Shown here in pieces: positions 57,664-64,000 of a DNA stretch of 64,000 nucleotides. The DNA lies in contig OX639973.1 in the NCBI GenBank assembly GCA_951828385.1, positions 2,241,561 through 2,305,560 of the forward strand. Reading direction: 5' to 3'. The number at the start of each line of letters is the position of its first letter. Within the stretch, counting starts at the first letter, position 1. Made by a program: the position numbers and the translations under genes. This stretch comes from an uncultured Poribacteria bacterium. GTDB taxonomy: Bacteria; Poribacteria; WGA-4E; WGA-3G. The notes below the pieces were generated by a model, which was not told the origin of the DNA, searched no databases, and saw only the letters and a program-made list of their open reading frames with translations.

Positions 57664-60603
57664 CTATTTACGAGATAAGTTGTCTCCCGCTTCCGCAAGC
57701 GGAATCTGAAACATCCCGTTGTGTCTGGTAACAATATAAAGTGTGTCGTTTTTAACAGCGAGTGAGAGGACTTTATCTGGCACGCTTGGAAAAATCTGTT
57801 CCGATTGTCTACGGTCCTCTAAACGATAGACACCGGCATCACCAGCCCCATAAATTGTGGTACCATCAACAGCAAATCTGTCTATAACGATACGCTCGCC
57901 CGCGGTATCGGTCAGGACACGCCAATATGCGCCGGTTTGTGAAGCTAAAATACCTCTGTCCGTTGCGACGTAAGCCGTTGAATCGACAAAAACGATCTCC
58001 TTGAAATGGGTAAAACGTAGGGGCAGGCTGGGGGTAATGTCGCGCCAACTGTCGCCGCCATCAAGCGACTGAAAGAGCCTACCGTCTCGCTTACCGACGT
58101 AGACGGTTTCCGCTGAGACCGCCAATTTGAACCCATTTTTCGAGCCGTCATCAGCCCGTTTCCCGGTATCTATTAATCCGGTATTTTTCCATTCAGGATC
58201 ACTCGGTTTCCAATTAAAGAGTTTCCGCTTGTATTCCACGTAGAAAGTATCACCACTGATTGCAAACGCACCGGCTCTCTCATAGTTTTCACGAAAGGAC
58301 AAATCCCTCATCAATTTACGGTCCTTTTCAGGATCACCAGAAAAGGACATTCCCTGTGCTACCGCAATCTCCTTTAGCACCGCAGGAGACAGATTTCTCT
58401 TACCAAAATCGGGTACGCCTTGAACAGGGATAAACGTATTATCACCAGATAAATGGAAGATACGGAGGTTGTCTCGCCCAGACTCAATAGCATAAAGAAC
58501 GTCGTCAACAATCACAAATTTTGAATCAGTATCGAAGTCGGTGTTAGGAGATTCTCTTTTTGAGGGTTCAGATGCTTGTTCGGCGTAATCAACTGGAACA
58601 GGTGTCCAAGATTCGCCGTCATCAGCAGATTGAACCATATTGCCGTTAGCATGTACATAGAGGCTATTATTGAATACCACCAGATCTCGTGCTCCGGTGC
58701 CGACCATGCCGTCCATAAAATGATGCCACGATTCACCCGCGTCGGTTGTGCGATAGAGACCGGAGTTTCCGGTCTTGTAGAAGGTATTTTTATCGAATGC
58801 TAAATAGGCATAGGTATTTGAGACAGTGCCAAGATTTGTCCAAGTTATCCCGTCATCTTTTGAACAAAATAGCCTGAGACCGCGTGCTAAAATTGTTTCG
58901 CCTCTAACAGCCATTGCCATAGCAGATGCTGCTATAAGGGGATATTTTTTGTCTGTAGGCGTTATCTCGGTCCACGACGTTCCGAGATCGTTTGATTTGA
59001 AAATTCTGCCTGCCCGTGACAGATCAAGTCGCATGTGATCCTCAACTTTGCGACCTGTTCCGACATAGAGAGTATCTTCAAAGGCCACCAAGTCGTGTAC
59101 GGCTCTGGTTGTATCTACCGGTAACTGTTCCCAAACATCGGCGTTGAGGCGGTAGAGGCCTCTGTCTGTGCCAGTGAATACCGTCTCTTTAATCGCAGCG
59201 AGTTTGTAAATTTCTCTACCCGTTAATCCCGTGTTCACGGGTGTCCAGTGTTTTCCAGCATCGGTGGATCGGAAAACGCCTCTCTTCCAAAGGGCGAGAT
59301 ACATCGTAACATTCGCGGGTGCGTTGCGTCCATCTGCTGCATCTACCACGATGAGTTCAGCAGGGTGTCCTTCTGGCCGGTGCCCTAATGTATTCCACGT
59401 CTCGCCATCATCGGTTGAAGCTAATAGTTCATTGCCAGCGATGATATAGAGGGTGCTTGCATGCTCTGCTATAGGCACTCGCGGCATTTCGTTTGGAATA
59501 TTGACGTTTACGGGTGTCCAGAGAGTTGCATCTGCTGTTAACCTGTAGATGCCTATTGACGAATTAACGTAGAGTGTTTTGTTAGATGTCTCAAAGATGT
59601 CAAACACGAATCCGCCTGGCGGTCCGCCCATCTGTGTCCACGGCGCAGTCGAAAATGTAGCGGAGAAATCCGCCGTTGTTGTGGTTACGACAGCCGCCTC
59701 AGCAGTCTGTAAGCCGGTCCCGATGTTTTTGGTGGCGGTCGTCGTGCGTCCGACCTGATTTCGGACAGCTGGTTTGGAAAGCAGATGGAGCATGATAGGT
59801 GCGTCAACGATTTCAACCGTCGGTTCAGATTGTGCTTCAAAACTGTATGGCTGCTGGAAGCGCGCGAGATACTGATGATGCGTACCGAGCATCAAAACTA
59901 TCAAAAGCACAGCCGCGCCAAAAGCCGCCCACGGTAGCAACGGTTTCGCGACCTGCGGCGGTGTCAGTTTCAGATCGGCGACGTGCCGCATGATGTGCTC
60001 TGTTAGGTGAGTGGGTAATTGGAAATTCCCAAGCATCTCACGAATTAAGGATTCTTCGTTCCGCGCCTGTAAACGCTTCCGCGCCCGTTGAAGCCGACTC
60101 TTGATTGTGTTCGCGGATACGCCTAAGAAGTTGCCAATTTCTTTGGCAGTCATCTCGCCGAGATAGTGGAGCGTTACGACGGTACGTTCACTTTCGGGTA
60201 GTTTTTTCAGGAGTTCCTTAACGATTTCGTAGCGGCGTTCCGCGGCTTCCGTTTCTCGTTGCTCTAATACATAATGTTTATAAGAAGATTTTTCTACTTC
60301 TGTGCGAGATATTTTTTCCAGTGATAGCATTGGCGGTTTTTTATTTTTGAACCACCGAATGCACATCCGATTCGTAATTACATATAACCACCCTGCAAAT
60401 TGGTTGGGGTTTTGGAGTGTCGTGAGTTTTTTGTGGACTTGGAGGAAGGTATCTTGTGTAATCTCTTCAGCGATATGAAAATCGCCAACTTTCCGCCACG
60501 CGAGTGCGTGGACACCCTTTTGGTATTTTCGGACTAAAGCAGTGAACGCCGCCTCATCACCTGCTAAGGTTCTCTGGATTAATTGAACATCATTTTCTAC
60601 CAT
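57664..60603 (-). CDS. Membrane-tethered ECF sigma factor fused to a BNR-repeat beta-propeller extracytoplasmic domain (paralog 2)
   Basis: N-terminus MVENDVQLIQRTLAGDEAAFTALVRKYQKGVHALAWRKVGDFHIAEEITQDTFLQ... is highly similar to paralog 1. TM PLLPWAAFGAAVLLIVLMLG. BNR motifs STDDGETW, STDAGKHW, SNDLGTSW, SKDDGITW, TTDAGESW, SADDGESW, SLDGGDSW. Its SD AAAAAGGAG lies inside the upstream PD40b tail. Confidence 0.8.
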   Translation of the reverse strand: MVENDVQLIQRTLAGDEAAFTALVRKYQKGVHALAWRKVGDFHIAEEITQDTFLQVHKKLTTLQNPNQFAGWLYVITNRMCIRWFKNKKPPMLSLEKISRTEVEKSSYKHYVLEQRETEAAERRYEIVKELLKKLPESERTVVTLHYLGEMTAKEIGNFLGVSANTIKSRLQRARKRLQARNEESLIREMLGNFQLPTHLTEHIMRHVADLKLTPPQVAKPLLPWAAFGAAVLLIVLMLGTHHQYLARFQQPYSFEAQSEPTVEIVDAPIMLHLLSKPAVRNQVGRTTTATKNIGTGLQTAEAAVVTTTTADFSATFSTAPWTQMGGPPGGFVFDIFETSNKTLYVNSSIGIYRLTADATLWTPVNVNIPNEMPRVPIAEHASTLYIIAGNELLASTDDGETWNTLGHRPEGHPAELIVVDAADGRNAPANVTMYLALWKRGVFRSTDAGKHWTPVNTGLTGREIYKLAAIKETVFTGTDRGLYRLNADVWEQLPVDTTRAVHDLVAFEDTLYVGTGRKVEDHMRLDLSRAGRIFKSNDLGTSWTEITPTDKKYPLIAASAMAMAVRGETILARGLRLFCSKDDGITWTNLGTVSNTYAYLAFDKNTFYKTGNSGLYRTTDAGESWHHFMDGMVGTGARDLVVFNNSLYVHANGNMVQSADDGESWTPVPVDYAEQASEPSKRESPNTDFDTDSKFVIVDDVLYAIESGRDNLRIFHLSGDNTFIPVQGVPDFGKRNLSPAVLKEIAVAQGMSFSGDPEKDRKLMRDLSFRENYERAGAFAISGDTFYVEYKRKLFNWKPSDPEWKNTGLIDTGKRADDGSKNGFKLAVSAETVYVGKRDGRLFQSLDGGDSWRDITPSLPLRFTHFKEIVFVDSTAYVATDRGILASQTGAYWRVLTDTAGERIVIDRFAVDGTTIYGAGDAGVYRLEDRRQSEQIFPSVPDKVLSLAVKNDTLYIVTRHNGMFQIPLAEAGDNLSRK

Positions 60604-61211
60604 CCGGATTCTCCTTTTTCAGTTGTCCCCAGGTCGTCGATAGCAACGCCGGCTGCGGCGAGACCGGCAACGCATACGCTGGATTAAACCAATCCGCGTT
60701 GGCGTTATCACCCCGGCGCGTGAGTTGTTCTGGAACACCGTCGTCCGAAGCGATTTTGAAGAGTTGTCTGAAACCACGAACCCGTTTATCGTAAATGAGT
60801 TCATTCCCGTGCGGTGCCCAGGCAGGATTAGACGCGAAGTTGCCGCCTCCATCTGCAATCTTCCGGAGTCCGCTACCATCTTGGTTCACAACATAGACCC
60901 CCATAGTGTGTCCTATCTCTTGCCTACCTGTCCAAAAAAAGGCTATCTGCGCGCTATTGGGTGCCCAAGCTGGGTCAAACATCCCAATCTTCCCCGGAAG
61001 AATTTTCTCTTCTACATGCGTTTGTAGATTAATAATCTCGACCCTGACGTTCGGTGCTTGGAGATTTCCGTTTTCAGCCCAAACGAACTTGGCTGCCATA
61101 AAGGCTATCTCAGAACCGTTAGGAGACCACGCATGCTTTGGCAAAAAGTGGACGCATCATTCCACACATCAGCATCCAGAAGATGATAGAAAAAACCAAC
61201 TTCAATCTCAT
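60590..61211 (-). CDS. Exported PD40/TolB-like repeat protein (paralog b), frameshifted at a T5 run after the signal peptide. C-terminal ...STTWGQLKK tail. Its 3' end overlaps the ECF-fusion 2 start by 14 nt.
   Basis: The ORF-track part 60590-61144 starts at TTG. Upstream, GGAGGAATCGGT-ATG (61209-61211) encodes MRLKLVFSIIFWMLMCGMMRPLFAKAC... in the +1 frame. Removing one T of ctttttgcc fuses the two. PD40 motifs AWSPNGSEIAF, PAWAPNSAQIAF, PAWAPHGNELIY. Confidence 0.6.
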
Positions 61212-61292
61212 ACCGATTCCTCCGATTCGTAATTTTAGGACCAATGATTCAAAGCCGTCATTCTGTCGCGCGTGTCGGCATGGCACTATTAT

Positions 61293-61352
61293 CCAATTAT
61301 TAAAGAGACTATTTTTAAGGGCAAAGGGTGCATAATTTGAAAAAGTGGATAG
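61293..61352 (-). promoter_or_regulatory. Conserved ~55-bp upstream element, copy C (about 80-140 nt upstream of the PD40b signal-peptide ATG)
   Basis: ccaattattaaagagactatttttaagggcaaagggtgcataatttgaaaaagtggatag. Shares the core TTTTAAGG-N4-AAAGGGTGCATNATTTGAAAAA with copies A and B. Confidence 0.5.
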
Positions 61353-61397
61353 TCCTTATGAACACTCCCAGTTAATTTTAGAAAAAATCACAACGTA

Positions 61398-62771
61398 TCA
61401 CTTCGATTGGACAGTATAGGAAACATTATCAAAATAGACATCGACAAAATGTCCACCGCGCTGAAATGAAAGGATGCCGAACCGATCAAAAACGGCACCA
61501 CCCGCGCGAGCATCGGGTTTGAGATTCAGCGAGACTGTTTCGTCATTGAACGTGACAGTCACCTGTCCGTCTCCATTGTTGGCATCTGGTGCGTAGGCGA
61601 GTCGCCACTGATGCGCTGTGCGAGAAGGTTTAATCACGGGTCCGGTCTTCATAATTTCGTGCTGACTTTTAGCGTTGGCATAGACAGGACGGAAGTAATG
61701 TCCGATACGACTGGGTCCCTCAACCATGATGCCGACAAAGTTGCTCGGTGGGGCGCCGATATAGGTTTCCGAATTGAACCAACCGATAAGCACGGCACTG
61801 TCAGCACTTGCCCGAAGCATTGCGATTTTTCCGGATGCCTCAAGTGTATCCTCCATCGTTAGATGACCGATTCGATCCGCATAATACCCCGCCTGTTCAG
61901 GTTTCCTCTCGTCTGCGCGCCAAATCAGCCCACCAATTTCGCCGAGTGTTCCACCGGCGTGGTTCGTTTGGCTCCATCCAAAATTATGGTAGGGTCGGAT
62001 TTCGCTGTCATCGAATGTGATGCGGTTGCGGTTCTCTTCCCAAGCCGGATCGTCGGTGAAATCGTAGGATTCTCCATCAATGCTCAGGTCATCGAGATAG
62101 ACGTTCATCCCCTTCCCGGCAACCTGCATGTTCACCATACCGAAGCGATTAAAGGTGGCACCGTCGGCTTTGTGTCCGGGTGCCAGTGGTGCCGTATAGG
62201 TTACACCGTCTATGACAAAGGTTATCTTGCCGTTGCTATCGGCACTGTCCGGGTCGTAGGTTAGTGACCACGTATGTACTGTGCTGTCCGCCTGCTCTGG
62301 TGGCGTTTTCGTGGTTTGATAGCGTTCACCTTCAAAGGTCGCGCTGCCTCCTGTCAGATAATTCTGCGTCCCGTATTCAAAGAACACCCAATATTTTCCG
62401 CCGTTGCCGTCCAATCGGAACACCAGCGAATTGGGGGTTCTCCAACCTCTTGAATCGGTATTGAACCAACCGATCAGCATCCCACTACTGCTATCGGCTT
62501 CGGTGACAGCGAATTTGCCAGACGCTGTGAAGGGGTCGTTGAGTGTTTTCGTGGGGATAACTGTGGCGTAAGTCGCTGGTGTCAGTGAACGTGAGATATG
62601 TCCGCCGATCTCACCGGGTGTCTCGCCGCCTGCATGATTCGTGCGACTGTAGCCGAAGTCTTGCACAACGGTTCGAGCGTGCTTTTCGGCGGTTCGATTG
62701 CCTCTACCTTCCCAGTTTGGATCGGCAGTGAAGTCTTGGAAGCGGTTGGCGGTTGCTTGTGTAGTGAGCAT
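61398..62771 (-). CDS. Hypothetical protein made of two tandem ~225-aa homologous domains (unknown family)
   Basis: Internal duplication is visible by eye: FTADPNWEGRGNRT...NHAGGETPGEIGGHI...ASGKFAV...IGWFN...FNRFGMVNMQVAGKGMNVYLDDLS versus FTDDPAWEENRNRIT...NHAGGTLGEIGGLI...ASGKIAML...IGWFNS...FDRFGILSFQRGGHFVDVYFDNVS. No signal peptide detected. Confidence 0.55.
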   Translation of the reverse strand: MLTTQATANRFQDFTADPNWEGRGNRTAEKHARTVVQDFGYSRTNHAGGETPGEIGGHISRSLTPATYATVIPTKTLNDPFTASGKFAVTEADSSSGMLIGWFNTDSRGWRTPNSLVFRLDGNGGKYWVFFEYGTQNYLTGGSATFEGERYQTTKTPPEQADSTVHTWSLTYDPDSADSNGKITFVIDGVTYTAPLAPGHKADGATFNRFGMVNMQVAGKGMNVYLDDLSIDGESYDFTDDPAWEENRNRITFDDSEIRPYHNFGWSQTNHAGGTLGEIGGLIWRADERKPEQAGYYADRIGHLTMEDTLEASGKIAMLRASADSAVLIGWFNSETYIGAPPSNFVGIMVEGPSRIGHYFRPVYANAKSQHEIMKTGPVIKPSRTAHQWRLAYAPDANNGDGQVTVTFNDETVSLNLKPDARAGGAVFDRFGILSFQRGGHFVDVYFDNVSYTVQSK

Positions 62772-62880
62772 AATGGATAGTAGTATGGTTATTCTCGTAT
62801 GTTCTCCAATCGGTTTGATGGCATCCGTTCAACCCAACCTACAATGCCATCTTTCCTTAAATTGACACCTATGGGCAGTT

Positions 62881-64000
62881 TCAAACGGTGTCTACCGGGT
62901 CTGGGGATTCTAATGCCGGTAGGTTGTCGATAATATCCACCGTCTTCACGCTGACAGTGATGACTTTGCCGATTAACTTGACGATATACTGCGGGTCATC
63001 GGTGCGGTTTGGGTCGTTGACGATGCCGCTCCGTTTGTCCGTTTTGACACGATATTGGTCGATTACCCACTCCAGCGCGGAACGGGTGCCGAGCCGGTAG
63101 TCGAAGACTTTTGGCGGTATCCCATCAAGCGTCAAGAATTTATTGTAGACAATCTGTGTTTTGTCTTTCGAGAGTTTCATCTTCTCAACGCGCCAATCGA
63201 GCGGCACCTCCGGGGTCTGGATGAACTTGAGTTTATCGTATTCGGGTTGCGATTCGTAGGTGACGTGGAGATCCGCTAACCTCGCGCCTGCCTTTGCAAA
63301 CCCCCAGAAGTTTTTAGCGAGAGGGATATGCGGTAGATCGCGTTTGAGGTTCGCTTCGTATTTTTCGCGATACTCCGGGTGATGCAAGAGTCCGTAGTTA
63401 TAGTGGAAGATGTCCCACTTGCTGATGGTGTCGTCCGCGTAATGCGTGCGGAATTGCGTCAATGCCCAATCGGTGATGTTCTCGCGGCGATTTGTGCCGT
63501 CTTCGTCGTAGGTGTAGAAGGGAAAGCATTGGGCACTGCAACCTGGACCCACAACATGGAGGTCGGTGAGTTGGTCGCTCATAAGAACCATGAAAGGTTT
63601 TTCAGACCCCTTATCCGTCAGGCAAATCACTCGATTTTCCGTCTCTGTCTCTGAAATCGGAAAAATAAAAGGAAATACAAGCACTCTATCATTCATCATT
63701 CGATCAAAATAGAGGTTAGATTTCGTAAAGGGACGATAAAGAGATTGCCGGATTTTTGCCTCTGTAAATGCCTCCACCTGACCATTTCGCAGTTTTTGCT
63801 TTAAAGTTGAACTCCACTTAATTTTTGTCCCATCAGAAATTACGTAATCATCAAGGTTATCACTCCGATCCGTCCGTTGTCCCCATCGTGCAACTTCCGC
63901 ATTGTAATTTTCAATCATTCTCCTTATGTTTTCAGTTAGCGTGCTTCGGTTGAAGTTGCAAACCCATGCATCGCGATTGGTTTTCACACCGTTGCTGTAG
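62881..64000 (-). CDS. C-terminal (target-recognition/coupler-like) region of a large restriction-modification-type enzyme (type IIG/ISP or BREX PglX-like). Partial: the N-terminal part lies beyond the window end.
   Basis: The frame stays open to the window edge. Motifs recalled from MmeI/type-ISP/PglX-like methyltransferase C-termini: LYRPFTKSNLYFD, CFPFYTY, LPHIPL, FWGFAKAGARLADLHVTYE, LDGIPPKVFDYRLGTRSALEWVIDQY. Assignment is from memory, not from a search. Confidence 0.35.
   Translation of the reverse strand, partial: YSNGVKTNRDAWVCNFNRSTLTENIRRMIENYNAEVARWGQRTDRSDNLDDYVISDGTKIKWSSTLKQKLRNGQVEAFTEAKIRQSLYRPFTKSNLYFDRMMNDRVLVFPFIFPISETETENRVICLTDKGSEKPFMVLMSDQLTDLHVVGPGCSAQCFPFYTYDEDGTNRRENITDWALTQFRTHYADDTISKWDIFHYNYGLLHHPEYREKYEANLKRDLPHIPLAKNFWGFAKAGARLADLHVTYESQPEYDKLKFIQTPEVPLDWRVEKMKLSKDKTQIVYNKFLTLDGIPPKVFDYRLGTRSALEWVIDQYRVKTDKRSGIVNDPNRTDDPQYIVKLIGKVITVSVKTVDIIDNLPALESPDPVDTV

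Noticed and set aside
1-64000. rRNA, tRNA, tmRNA genes
   Set aside because: Intergenic regions were scanned by eye (7213-7652, 10524-10756, 18447-18579, 20473-20826, 44284-44412, 49230-49684, 57230-57663, 61212-61397). No cloverleaf-compatible sequences (e.g. GTTCGAATC T-loop contexts) or rRNA-like conserved blocks were found. Absence cannot be proven without tRNAscan/Infernal.

Overview
This 64-kb bacterial window splits into a housekeeping part and an accessory part. The organism is not identified. Eukaryote-like WD40/LRR repeats, dockerins, a T9SS-like C-terminal domain and a stray BMC vertex protein are compatible with an FCB-group or Poribacteria-like lineage, but that is speculation.

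Coordinates 1-44 kb are mostly housekeeping. They hold:
- a fused IorAB-type 2-oxoacid:ferredoxin oxidoreductase (partial, runs off the window start)
- nadK-recN, a DUF368 membrane protein, uvrA, uvrD-gatC-gatA, an S41 Ctp peptidase and an aldehyde dehydrogenase
- an orphan BMC vertex protein (EutN/CcmL family) with its own sigma70-like promoter, followed by 5-formyl-THF cyclo-ligase, then comEA
- a large minus-strand tetrapyrrole cluster: hemB-hemL-ispB-(duplicated sirC-like)-Uma2-ccsA-like-hemA-hemC-cobA/hemD. Three tandem secreted paralogs sit directly upstream, and the last of them overlaps hemB by ATGA.

Coordinates 44-64 kb are a repeat-rich accessory locus, the most novel part of the window. 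It holds:
- two paralogous membrane-tethered ECF sigma factors fused to large BNR-repeat (sortilin/GH74-like propeller) extracytoplasmic domains
- an exported PD40 (TolB-like) protein upstream of each ECF fusion; these and a LamG protein share a conserved C-terminal ...TTWGQ[LV]K tail
- three copies of a conserved ~55-bp upstream element
- dockerin-tagged hydrolase-like proteins, two of them with N-terminal LRRs and one of those disrupted
- a WD40+dockerin+T9SS-CTD-like protein
- a 31-bp x ~6 intergenic tandem repeat
- the partial C-terminus of a restriction-modification-like enzyme at the window edge.

Several genes show frameshifts at short homopolymers, which suggests indel-type sequence errors. 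Dispersed AACTGAC-heptad leader repeats and a short CAAAACCGCACCTACCGG repeat family also occur. No rRNA, tRNA or CRISPR was found.
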